A DNA stretch of 64,000 bases from Promethearchaeota archaeon (GTDB taxonomy: Archaea; Asgardarchaeota; Lokiarchaeia; Sigyniarchaeales; SOKP01), in assembly GCA_048940805.1 (NCBI GenBank), contig JBHLOF010000006.1:3885-67884 (forward strand), read 5' to 3'. The notes under the pieces are model-generated. The model saw nothing but the letters and a program-made list of their open reading frames with translations. It had not been told where the DNA came from and searched no databases. Shown one piece after another: positions 1 through 8,657 of the stretch (position 1 is the stretch's first letter; every line of letters starts with the position of its first letter). The position numbers and the translations under genes were made by a program.

Positions 1-31
1 AAGGAATAGCTTAATTAAAAGAGGATAAATC

Positions 32-214
32 ATGGCAAAAGTCAAAAAATGCAGTTTTTGCGGATATGACATTCCAATTGGCCGTGGAATTATGTTTATT
101 AGAAGAGACGGTACAATCTTAAATTTTTGTACTAGCAAATGTAAAAAAGCATTGTTGGTATATAAGAAAAAAGCAAGAAAAACAAGATGGACATCATTTT
201 ACGGAAAAGAATAA
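32..214 (+). CDS. rpl24e: Ribosomal protein L24e (eL24)
   Basis: 60-aa ORF with zinc-ribbon CSFCG...CTSKC followed by the basic tail KKKARKTRWT, the eL24 pattern. Confidence 0.9.
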   Translation: MAKVKKCSFCGYDIPIGRGIMFIRRDGTILNFCTSKCKKALLVYKKKARKTRWTSFYGKE

Positions 215-250
215 AAATTCTTATCCCAACTTACTTTTAAAAAGAATTAA

Positions 251-451
251 CTACTGCAATCGAGGAAATTTTAAAAGTTCATCAATAAGATCAACATGGG
301 AGATAATCATTCTCTTGCAGCAAAATCTTTCTATTCCTAATTCTTTAAAAGCTTTTTCGGATGTTTCACCCTTTTCTAGAAGCTCTAAATAAGGTTCGTA
401 AATATGAGCTATAAGCTTTCCACATGAAAAGCAACGAATAGGTATTATCAT
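251..451 (-). CDS. rpoN: DNA-directed RNA polymerase subunit N (Rpo10/Rpb10 homologue)
   Basis: 66 aa. MIIPIRCFSCGK...RFCCKRM (CxxC...CC zinc site) and overall length are typical of RpoN/Rpb10. Confidence 0.9.
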   Translation of the reverse strand: MIIPIRCFSCGKLIAHIYEPYLELLEKGETSEKAFKELGIERFCCKRMIISHVDLIDELLKFPRLQ

Positions 452-598
452 ATTCGGTATAATGAACCATTTTAAAAAAATTTTTAGTTTTTTCGTCCCA
501 AATGAAAAATTTTATTTTTAATCTTACAATAAATATCATATCGAATATCGATGATTTATGAAAATATATTACAATATATTTGAAGGAGATGATTAAAA

Positions 599-970
599 AT
601 TTCATATATCAAGTTTCAAGTTCCTGATAAACTTAAGAATCAACTTAAGAATGCTTTAAGCACCATTGCAGAAACAAGAGATTCCAAGATACGGAAAGGA
701 ATGAATGAAGTTACTAAATCAATTGAAAGAGTGCAAGCAAAGATGGTAATCATGGCAGAAGACGTGAGTCCACCAGAGATATTATTCCACATCCCATTAT
801 TATGTGAGGAAAAAGGTATCCCATATAGTTATCTCACAAGCAAAAAAGAGCTTGGAAAAACAGCTAGGATTAATGTATCAGCAAGTGCAATTGCGATAGA
901 GAATTTCGGAACAGGCAATGATGGCATCTTAGATGATGTAATTAAGAACACTGAGGAAATTAAAAAGTAA
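599..970 (+). CDS. rpl7ae: Ribosomal protein L7Ae (K-turn binding); start codon unresolved
   Basis: [44 protein letters not shown] is near-canonical L7Ae. The first in-frame ATG is at 701, but the conserved N-terminus [11 protein letters not shown]...IRKG is encoded in the same frame from ATT 599, after TGA 590-592. See the finding on this gene. Confidence 0.85.
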   Translation: MSYIKFQVPDKLKNQLKNALSTIAETRDSKIRKGMNEVTKSIERVQAKMVIMAEDVSPPEILFHIPLLCEEKGIPYSYLTSKKELGKTARINVSASAIAIENFGTGNDGILDDVIKNTEEIKK

Positions 971-987
971 AATCCTGTGAGAAAATT

Positions 988-1233
988 ATGGTAAAATTAG
1001 ATAAATCCAAGGGTATCACTGTCACAGATCAATCTACACCTGCTCAAGTTATTCAAGTAATTGGTCGCACAGGACTTACAGGTGAAATAACTCAAATCAA
1101 AGTGCGAATCCTAGAAGGTCCGGATAAAAATCGAATTTTAACTCGAAACGTTAAGGGACCAATTAAAATGAATGATATCGTGATTTTACGAGAAGTTGAA
1201 CGAGAAGCAAGAAAAATAAGAACACGAAGATAA
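988..1233 (+). CDS. rps28e: Ribosomal protein S28e (eS28)
   Basis: 81 aa. [27 protein letters not shown]...[26 protein letters not shown] matches the eS28 core. It lies directly downstream of L7Ae, as in the conserved archaeal L7Ae-S28e unit. Confidence 0.9.
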   Translation: MVKLDKSKGITVTDQSTPAQVIQVIGRTGLTGEITQIKVRILEGPDKNRILTRNVKGPIKMNDIVILREVEREARKIRTRR

Positions 1234-1239
1234 AAAATC

Positions 1240-1833
1240 CTATTCTATTTTCTTCTTTTCTATTAAAATTTCCAGTTCGGAGATTAACCAGCATAATTCT
1301 TCATAAGTAGAACTTGATTTGAGGATATTGTCTGCTTTTTTCTTTATTTCAGTTGTCGGGGCTTTTCCTTTTAATAGAATTAGTTGTAGCTTTGCCAATC
1401 TTTTAGACAAATTGCCATAAGATATTCCTGTTTGAGACAATTTATGCGCCTTTAGTGTTATCTCCGCTTCCAAATCTACTTCTAGTCCAGCATCAATAAG
1501 CTCTTGGGTATCTTCAGGTTCTAAAACGAGTTCTCCCCTTGTCTTTATAAGATCTTCCCGCTTTATACCTCCCTGAAGTATATCCATTATAATGAGAAAA
1601 GATCCGAATTCTTGGTGTTGATTCAATATTTCGATTCTCACTGGAGATTTGCGTTTATTCTTAATTTCGTTTGCCCTTTTTTTACCAAACACTTTCTTTT
1701 TTTCAGATGATTTTGAACCTAACCACAAATAAAGAATCTTAATGTCATCAATAAGATATACTTTCTCAGATTTAAAATCAATCTTATTAACTTCTCTCAA
1801 AACACCATTTTCATATATAGTAAATAATCTCAT
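1240..1833 (-). CDS. Gelsolin/villin-domain protein with C-terminal helical domain (Asgard 1DGelX-like architecture)
   Basis: The N-terminal ~95 aa follow the gelsolin-repeat pattern: FKSEKVYLIDDIKILYLWLGSKSSEKKKVFGKKRANEI....VRIEILNQHQEFGSFL. The C-terminal ~100 aa are helical and unassigned. Confidence 0.65.
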   Translation of the reverse strand: MRLFTIYENGVLREVNKIDFKSEKVYLIDDIKILYLWLGSKSSEKKKVFGKKRANEIKNKRKSPVRIEILNQHQEFGSFLIIMDILQGGIKREDLIKTRGELVLEPEDTQELIDAGLEVDLEAEITLKAHKLSQTGISYGNLSKRLAKLQLILLKGKAPTTEIKKKADNILKSSSTYEELCWLISELEILIEKKKIE

Positions 1834-1963
1834 AGTGCCATAATCTTCAGTTTGAAATTGGCATAGTAAAACTAAGATAAATTACTTTTTAATTTTAACC
1901 TACCTGGGATAAAAAATCAATTTAATTTAAGTAAATCATGGTTTAGTTGATTAACGCAAAGAT

Positions 1964-2176
1964 TTATAGTTCTTCTTCTCCAAAAAAGCCAAGTAGATTT
2001 AGATTTTTATATTCATTATGTAAAAATTCCCGAAGGGCAATTCGTATTGCTTCAGATCTACTAGGGACTATTTTATCCTTAATTAATTTTTGAATGTTTT
2101 CATCATAGATTTCGGGTAAATTAATTGTGATGTTAACCATTTTAGGTTTGAGATTTTTTTTCTCAACTCCGGCCAT
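1964..2176 (-). CDS. Ribbon-helix-helix (CopG family) DNA-binding protein
   Basis: 70 aa. VNITINLPEIYDENIQKLI...VPSRSEAIRIALREFL is the beta-strand plus two-helix RHH signature. Confidence 0.7.
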   Translation of the reverse strand: MAGVEKKNLKPKMVNITINLPEIYDENIQKLIKDKIVPSRSEAIRIALREFLHNEYKNLNLLGFFGEEEL

Positions 2177-2547
2177 TAATTTAACCCCAAGTAATCTAAA
2201 TTCTAAAAAATTTGTTATAGCATATGAAGTAGTGAATAAGAAATGCAGTTATATACTTTGCCCTTAATGATATTCACTCTTTTACACTAATATATTATAA
2301 GTAAAATATATTTAAAAAGTTATTTATCTCTGTTTTAAGTATTTAAAGTGTTCTATATCAGATATAAATTATTTTAATTGCTTAACTATTTAGATGAACA
2401 ATTCGATCAGATAAATAAATGAGTGATTGAAAATATTTTATATTATTAAAAATTCATTGTTTTCTTAATATATTCTTTGCTAGTTTATACCAATTTTCCT
2501 TAGACACATCACTGTTATATACAATCACCATCTAAGTTTTTTTTCCA

Positions 2548-3219
2548 TCATCTGTCTTCCGGTTTTACATATCTCCCCCTTGATTCTATGGCATCTATGG
2601 TATTAATAATTTGATCACATTCGGTCTTGTTGTATTTCTCGTACTCTGACCTATATCCTTCAAGAAAAGAATTGAAGCTGAGATTAAAATCATCACCATG
2701 GGTAGAAATTAACACTCTCTTGAAAAGATGAAGATCAACGCTTTTATCTTCTATAGTATCAGAATATTCATGGAGTCCAAAATCGATAAGAAAGATTTCT
2801 TCTTCACCTGTAATTATTATATTACTGGTCGTGATATCCCCATGAATATGACCATGTTTATGCAATATTGCAATATTATGACCAATTTTCCTAAAATATC
2901 TTTCTTTTTTACTTTCACTAAGATTCTCTAAGATATTTCTTAATTTTTTTCCTTCTATATATTTCATTATTAGAATTGAATTCTGAGCGTCAATTTCATA
3001 AACTTGAGGTACACTTAATCCATAACTTTTTACTTTTATAAGTGCCTTTCCTTCGTTCAATGTTCTTTCTGTACGGATCTTTTTATCAAGTTCTTCCAAC
3101 CTATATTTTTTTGGAATTCGGTGCTTGAAAATTACCTTTCTTCCAAACCATTGACCATAATATAAACTTGCTTCTGCTCCTTTATAGATCAATTTTTCTT
3201 TTGATATTTCAGATTGCAT
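2548..3219 (-). CDS. bud32: KEOPS complex kinase Bud32 (PRPK)
   Basis: 223 aa. KGAEASLYYG...VIFKHRIPKKYR, HGDITTSNIII and LIDFGL atypical-kinase motifs. It lies immediately downstream of kae1. Confidence 0.9.
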   Translation of the reverse strand: MQSEISKEKLIYKGAEASLYYGQWFGRKVIFKHRIPKKYRLEELDKKIRTERTLNEGKALIKVKSYGLSVPQVYEIDAQNSILIMKYIEGKKLRNILENLSESKKERYFRKIGHNIAILHKHGHIHGDITTSNIIITGEEEIFLIDFGLHEYSDTIEDKSVDLHLFKRVLISTHGDDFNLSFNSFLEGYRSEYEKYNKTECDQIINTIDAIESRGRYVKPEDR

Positions 3220-3220
3220 C

Positions 3221-4243
3221 TTATTTACAAGATCTCCAAGGGATTGTAATGTTATCCATTCTCTCTTTTGGCTTAATTATGGTATCGACTATCTTATGCC
3301 CCCCTTCAGATAGGTATCTCAAAACTCCTGTCCAAGCTATCATTGCTCCATTGTCTCCAGCATATTTAAGAGGAACCACTTCAAATCTAGCTCCATGCTC
3401 TTTACTTATAGACTCTACCATTTGTTGTAATCTCTTATTCGCTGCTACTCCCCCTGTTAAAAGTACTTCCTCTTTTTTAGTATGAGCAAGGGCTCGTTCA
3501 GTAACCTCTACTAGCATTGAAAATGCTGTTTCTTGGATTGATCGGGAGACATCAGATAAATTATATTTCTTATTAAAATCTTTAGATTCTAGCAATCTTT
3601 TCGCAGCTGTATATAAACCTGAAAATGACAAATCCATACCCTTAACTGTATAAGGCAATTGAAGATATCGATCAGACTTAAGGGCCAATTTTTCTATTTT
3701 TGGACCCCCAGGGTGACTTAATCCAGCATCACGGGCGAAAGAATCAATCATATTACCAACAGCCAAATCAAGTGTTTCTCCGAAAATTTGATAATGATCT
3801 GATTGATAAGCACTTACAATTGTATTACCCCCAGATACGTATAAAGTTAGTGGATCATCAATTTTACACATTAATCGCCCAATTTCTACATGAGCAATAC
3901 AATGATTTACACCGATAATAGGTATCTTTAATAATTGACTTAACATTCGAGAGACTAATGCACCAATTTTTAAAACAGGACCCAATCCGGGACTCTGGCT
4001 GAAAGCAATAAGTTTCAAATCTTTTATTGATATCTTAGCCTCTTCAAGTGCTTTATTGATTACTATTTCAAATTTATTTAAATGTTGCTCACGTACTAAA
4101 GCAGGGTGAAGTCCTCCTTCTTCAGGTACATAGATATCGTTTACAATACTATAAACATTTCCTTCAAAATCAACGATACCTACTCCAAATGTGTGTGCAG
4201 TACTTTCAATACCTAAACAGTATTTTTGCATCAATTTCGCCAT
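3221..4243 (-). CDS. kae1: tRNA N6-adenosine threonylcarbamoyltransferase Kae1
   Basis: 340 aa. LGIESTAHTFGVGIV start, metal-binding NHCIAHVEIG, and LTGGVAANKRL ASKHA-fold motifs. Confidence 0.92.
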   Translation of the reverse strand: MAKLMQKYCLGIESTAHTFGVGIVDFEGNVYSIVNDIYVPEEGGLHPALVREQHLNKFEIVINKALEEAKISIKDLKLIAFSQSPGLGPVLKIGALVSRMLSQLLKIPIIGVNHCIAHVEIGRLMCKIDDPLTLYVSGGNTIVSAYQSDHYQIFGETLDLAVGNMIDSFARDAGLSHPGGPKIEKLALKSDRYLQLPYTVKGMDLSFSGLYTAAKRLLESKDFNKKYNLSDVSRSIQETAFSMLVEVTERALAHTKKEEVLLTGGVAANKRLQQMVESISKEHGARFEVVPLKYAGDNGAMIAWTGVLRYLSEGGHKIVDTIIKPKERMDNITIPWRSCK

Positions 4244-4331
4244 TTTTTCCTGATAGAAATCTAAATAGTTTCAAATTAGATCGAATTGCCCAATTAAGTA
4301 ATATTATGTCAGATTTCTCTAATATTTGAAA

Positions 4332-4550
4332 TTAGTTTCCATCCATGGACTTAACCCGCTTACGAGGAGATCTTCTTGCAGTTTTTCCTTTTGTAGTGCC
4401 CTTTCTTTTAAAAATTGTATAACCACATCTCCCACAACTCCATCGATCGTAGTGATTTGCGAGAAAATAACTTGGTCCACACTTAGGACATGATCTATGA
4501 GTTCTTACTATTTTTTCTCCTTCCTGTTTATAATACTTTGAGGCATCCAT
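4332..4550 (-). CDS. rps27ae: Ribosomal protein S27ae (eS31)
   Basis: 72 aa. Zinc ribbon CPKCG...ANHYDRWSCGRCGYT typical of eS31 without the ubiquitin moiety. Confidence 0.88.
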   Translation of the reverse strand: MDASKYYKQEGEKIVRTHRSCPKCGPSYFLANHYDRWSCGRCGYTIFKRKGTTKGKTARRSPRKRVKSMDGN

Positions 4551-4575
4551 TTTTACTCAATAATGATATTTTTTG

Positions 4576-4926
4576 CTAATCAAGAAGATGTTTAAAGGAT
4601 TCTCTTCTCTTTTTTAATTGGATAATTTCAGTTCTTTTTTCCTTCTCAAGATTACGAACTTGGATATGAAAGGGTTCAAAAAATTTTAATTCAGTTGAAT
4701 TCTCATAAATAAAAGCTAATCCTTGCGTGGAAGTCTTCCCAAAATGTGTGTTAAGTTTCTTAATTATTGTTAATTTTTCATCAGAACCTTGCATCGCAGC
4801 AATTTTCTTTTTAATTTCTAATCGATTGGGGGTGCCTTGTCCGAAATGATTCACTATAAATTTCAGTTCGATTCTGTTTATTAGAGGATTCTTCTTCTCT
4901 TCTTCAATATCAATATCTAGGGACAT
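4576..4926 (-). CDS. rps24e: Ribosomal protein S24e (eS24)
   Basis: 116 aa. NPLINRIELKFIVNH.GQGTPNRLEIKKKIA...HFGKTSTQGLAFIYEN pattern of eS24. It lies upstream of S27ae as in the conserved operon. Confidence 0.88.
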   Translation of the reverse strand: MSLDIDIEEEKKNPLINRIELKFIVNHFGQGTPNRLEIKKKIAAMQGSDEKLTIIKKLNTHFGKTSTQGLAFIYENSTELKFFEPFHIQVRNLEKEKRTEIIQLKKRRESFKHLLD

Positions 4927-5077
4927 TTTGAACCTTTCTTAGAATTTGTTTATATCTAAAATACAATTGTATAATTAATTTTCGAATATAAAATTCAAAA
5001 GAAGTGATAAAAAATAAAATTTTGCTTTTCATTGGGTTGAAGCTTTGAATCAAAGAAGAATAGATTAACCAAAACCA

Positions 5078-5662
5078 TCATCTCTGTTCCATAAACGCTA
5101 AGGCTCTTTTAACCTTATCCTTGATATTTTTATCAACATTTACCACAACAATACCCTCAGGAATAACAAAACGAGAATCAGTAATAGGAGGTTGTCCATA
5201 AAAAGCAAAATTTCCTTTAGCTTCGATGGGGATTTCGTCTATGAGGGGAAGAATTAACAGATCCTCTTCTCCTTCAATAACTTTTATTAAGGTTTTTTTG
5301 TTAGAAGCAATAGCAGCTCTAAAAATCTCCCAACTTTCCTTATTAATCGTGCCAGCAGGATTTTCTAATTCTACTATATCCTCAAAAAATCCACCATGCT
5401 CTATATTTATTTGATTTCTCTGAGTTTTTTCATCAATTACACAGATTTTAATATAGTTTCTTAAAAATGGATTTGCCAAGAAATCTTGGGCAACAATGTC
5501 GCCTACAATATAAAAATTCAATGTAGTACTTGTTTTTAGAAAGTCTCGAAACATATTTTCGACTTGAATGATAGTATCCTCTCGAGATCCCGCAATTAGC
5601 ATGTCGAGGGGTTCTGCGAAAGATCTTCTTCCCCTTTCAGGAACCCTTAAGTTTTCGTTCAT
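5078..5662 (-). CDS. DUF359/COG1909 protein (archaeal GTP-dependent dephospho-CoA kinase family)
   Basis: 194 aa with the EGEEDLLILPLI motif and VGDIV segment typical of DUF359. It occupies the conserved position between spt4 and rps24e. Confidence 0.7.
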   Translation of the reverse strand: MNENLRVPERGRRSFAEPLDMLIAGSREDTIIQVENMFRDFLKTSTTLNFYIVGDIVAQDFLANPFLRNYIKICVIDEKTQRNQINIEHGGFFEDIVELENPAGTINKESWEIFRAAIASNKKTLIKVIEGEEDLLILPLIDEIPIEAKGNFAFYGQPPITDSRFVIPEGIVVVNVDKNIKDKVKRALAFMEQR

Positions 5663-5733
5663 AAAAAATCAAGTTGTACTTTAGTGTAATTCCAATAATT
5701 AAATCTGGTAAGCAAAATAGAAATTCCTGGAGA

Positions 5734-5922
5734 TTAGCGTACTCTTAATGCATACTTACCAGGGAAATGAATTTTCAAATACTCGGCAAATTTCGACTCT
5801 TTGGGATTAATAATTATAACTTCCCCCGTATAATCCTCACTAAGAGTGTGAGTCTTACATTTAGGACAGACTGTCTCGTTTTTTGTTATTAAGTGACAAT
5901 TTTTGCATGCTTTCTCTTTCAT
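5734..5922 (-). CDS. spt4: Transcription elongation factor Spt4 (RpoE'')
   Basis: 62 aa. CKNCHLI...CPKC zinc ribbon plus the GKYALRV C-terminus. It lies downstream of rpoE'. Confidence 0.88.
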   Translation of the reverse strand: MKEKACKNCHLITKNETVCPKCKTHTLSEDYTGEVIIINPKESKFAEYLKIHFPGKYALRVR

Positions 5923-5955
5923 TTTATACCCTAATCCTCTTATTTTACCATATAA

Positions 5956-6564
5956 TCATTCAGTTGAAGTTTCCTCTTCATTAACTTTCGTTTGGTCTTT
6001 CTGAGTAGCAAGATCCTCTTCAAGATCATTTTGAATCCAATCTTCTTTTCCTAAATACCTTTGACGCATTGTAAGTCCAAGTTTTCCGCTTCTTCCTGTT
6101 CCTAAAGATACTGCGATTATTTTTGCCCTTACTTGATCATTAACTTCAAGAATTTTTCCAGTCTCCTTACCAATAAATCTATTTCCTACTTGTTCGTAAG
6201 AAATATAATCATCACAGATCTGAGATACGTGAACTAGCCCATCTAATGGACCTAATCGAATGAAAGATCCGAAATCTACAATCTCAACCACAGAGCCTTC
6301 GACGACTTCTGAGACCGTTGGTTTAAAAGTAAGGATTGTAAATTCAACTTCATGGAAAGTGTTAGCATTCCCCGGAATAATTATTCCCTTTCCTACATTC
6401 AACACATCTACAACAGCAATAATGAATCCAAATTCTTTTGTGATGATGCCTTCATAATCTTCACTTAAGATTATTCTAGCACTTACATTCTTTTCTTGGT
6501 CGAATAGGAATGGCGGTATCTCTATTTTTCCTTCAATTGTAAAAAGCTTAAAAATAATAAACAC
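5956..6564 (-). CDS. rpoE: DNA-directed RNA polymerase subunit E' (Rpo7) with S1 domain
   Basis: 202 aa with a GTG start. N-terminal Rpb7-like fold and S1 domain (GSVVEIVDFGSFIRLGPLDGLVHVSQI), followed by an acidic tail. Confidence 0.88.
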   Translation of the reverse strand: MFIIFKLFTIEGKIEIPPFLFDQEKNVSARIILSEDYEGIITKEFGFIIAVVDVLNVGKGIIIPGNANTFHEVEFTILTFKPTVSEVVEGSVVEIVDFGSFIRLGPLDGLVHVSQICDDYISYEQVGNRFIGKETGKILEVNDQVRAKIIAVSLGTGRSGKLGLTMRQRYLGKEDWIQNDLEEDLATQKDQTKVNEEETSTE

Positions 6565-6877
6565 CCAGTTAAAAAATCAATCAAAAATGTAATCTTTGCT
6601 AAACTATTCATATAATGAAGTTCAACGAAGTCTTGTAATTTATTATATGAATTAAAAAATTAATAGTTTGTGGTTTTTTACTTACAGAAATATTCAGAGA
6701 GTAAAGGAGATTTGGTTTTTACTCTTTTTCAAGAAATTCATAATTGGGATAGAATCCTATTTCAGTCTAAAGGTGCTCGGAATGAATGATAGAGTTATTA
6801 AAGTTACTATGATTCTTTCTAATAATTTATATTGTCAATTTCTAACTTAACAAAGTGCTAAATGGGTGAATTAAAAC

Positions 6878-7681
6878 TTGTCAGGCTATATTGGAAAGAA
6901 AATTCGATTAGAACGAATAATAAACCGGGAAACTAATAAAACAATAATAATCCCTATGGATCATGGTCTTACTGTAGGACCAATTAAGGGAATTGAAAAT
7001 AATTTGGGAGAAGTAGTGAATAAGATTGCATTAGGAGGTGCCAATGCGATTTTAGGACATGTTGGTATCCCTTTATATGCCCATAGAGGTTATGGTCCTG
7101 ATATCGGTCTGATACTTCACTTATCTGGTTCAACTTCATTAAGCCCAGATACAAATTATAAAGTACTTGTTAATACTGTATTAGAAGCTGTTAAATTCGG
7201 TGCAGATGGGGTTTCTATTCATATCAATGTTGGTACAAAATCTGATCCAGAAATGCTTGAAATCTTAGGAAAAGTTTCAAGAGAATGTCGGGATCTTGGT
7301 ATGCCTCTTCTTGCTATGATGTATCCGAGAGGTGAAAATATCGTAGATGAGCAAGATGTAGAAGTTGTAAAAATCGCTGCAAGAGTAGCTGCAGAATTGG
7401 GGGCTGATATCGTTAAAACTAATTGGACAGGAGATCCTGATTCCTTTAAGGAAGTAGTTGATGGCTGTATGGCACCCGTAATAATAGCCGGAGGAGAAAA
7501 AGCAGAAATTAAAGAAATCTTAGAAATCACAAAACATTCTATCGATGTAGGGGGCGCAGGAGTAGCATTTGGAAGAAATGTATTTCAAGCTGATGATCCC
7601 ACTAAATTTGTAAGAGCTCTATATTTAATTGTTCAAAAAAAATATGAAGTAGAGGAAGCGTTAAAAGAATTAAACCTTTAA
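6878..7681 (+). CDS. Class I (DhnA-family) aldolase: fructose-bisphosphate aldolase or ADH synthase (AroA')
   Basis: 267 aa with a TTG start. GKKIRLERIINRETNKTIIIPMDHG and ADIVKTNW (Schiff-base Lys region) are typical of the archaeal class IA aldolase / MJ0400 family. The two activities cannot be separated by eye. Confidence 0.8.
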   Translation: MSGYIGKKIRLERIINRETNKTIIIPMDHGLTVGPIKGIENNLGEVVNKIALGGANAILGHVGIPLYAHRGYGPDIGLILHLSGSTSLSPDTNYKVLVNTVLEAVKFGADGVSIHINVGTKSDPEMLEILGKVSRECRDLGMPLLAMMYPRGENIVDEQDVEVVKIAARVAAELGADIVKTNWTGDPDSFKEVVDGCMAPVIIAGGEKAEIKEILEITKHSIDVGGAGVAFGRNVFQADDPTKFVRALYLIVQKKYEVEEALKELNL

Positions 7682-7702
7682 ATATAATCGGGGAAAATAA
7701 TT

Positions 7703-8236
7703 ATGAATCTATGGAAAGATATTCCACCAGGAGATAATCCTCCTATCATTTTAAATGCGGTAATTGAAGTTATTAGTGGTTCAAGAGATAAATATGAATA
7801 CAAACAAGAATGGGAAGCTTTTATATTAGATAGAGTAATCCCCTCAGCAGTTATTTTTCCTGTAGAGTATGGGTTTGTCCCTCAAACTTGGGCTGAGGAT
7901 AATGATCCTCTTGATATAATGATATTAAGTTATGAACCACTCGAAGTGGGCTGTATCGTGAAAGTTCGAGTTATTGGTGCCTTAGTTATTGAGGATGAAC
8001 ATGGGGATGACCCAAAAGTTCTCTCTGTATTAGTTAATGATGCTCGATTTAATGGATATACTGATATTCATGATGTTCATAAACATAAGTTGAAGGAAAT
8101 CCAGGAATTCTACGAAACTTACAAACGGTTGGAACCACATAAATGGGTAAATTTTAAAGAGTGGAAGAATTCAAAAAATGCAGGAGAAATTGTGGATTAT
8201 TCAATTAAACGATTTAAAAATTTGAATCAAATCTAG
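7703..8236 (+). CDS. ppa: Inorganic pyrophosphatase, family I
   Basis: 177 aa. VIEVISGSRDKYEY, YGFVPQT..EDNDPLDIMIL and DDPKVL motifs of soluble family I PPase. Confidence 0.92.
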   Translation: MNLWKDIPPGDNPPIILNAVIEVISGSRDKYEYKQEWEAFILDRVIPSAVIFPVEYGFVPQTWAEDNDPLDIMILSYEPLEVGCIVKVRVIGALVIEDEHGDDPKVLSVLVNDARFNGYTDIHDVHKHKLKEIQEFYETYKRLEPHKWVNFKEWKNSKNAGEIVDYSIKRFKNLNQI

Positions 8237-8266
8237 CTTTAATTTTTTATAATCGGGAAAAATTTT

Positions 8267-8575
8267 CTACTTTTTTATCAAAGATAACCTAATTGGTCTA
8301 AAATCTGAGATTTTTTGTATTCCTAGTTTAACAGAAGGATCGTTTTCAAGTAAGTGTTTTGCTTCTTCCGCAGTTTCTGTCTCAAATATCACCAATCCAA
8401 AAGGATCTTCTGGGATTAATGTTGGACCAGCAAGATATAACTTTTTCTGATTCAGTAAGGATTTTAAATAGTTGAAATGATTAACCATTATTTTATCCTC
8501 TTCATCATTTGGATTTGTAATAAAATCCTCACGATATGGTCGAATTATAGCATAAAAATGATTTTTTTTTGTCAT
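8267..8575 (-). CDS. YciI-like family protein
   Basis: 102 aa. HFNYLKSLL...LYLAGPT...GLVIFETETAEEAKHLLENDP matches the YCII-related domain pattern. Confidence 0.65.
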   Translation of the reverse strand: MTKKNHFYAIIRPYREDFITNPNDEEDKIMVNHFNYLKSLLNQKKLYLAGPTLIPEDPFGLVIFETETAEEAKHLLENDPSVKLGIQKISDFRPIRLSLIKK

Positions 8576-8657
8576 TTTAAATCCATGTTGCTTCTAATAT
8601 TTAATTTGAGTTTATGAATACAAAGTTTATAAGATTGAATAATAAAATAGGTTTATA

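Noticed and set aside
6668-6850. A 60-aa ORF in the spacer between rpoE' and the aldolase gene.
   Set aside because: It has a TTG-type start, a hydrophobic low-complexity translation and no motif. It lies in a divergent promoter region and is most likely non-coding.
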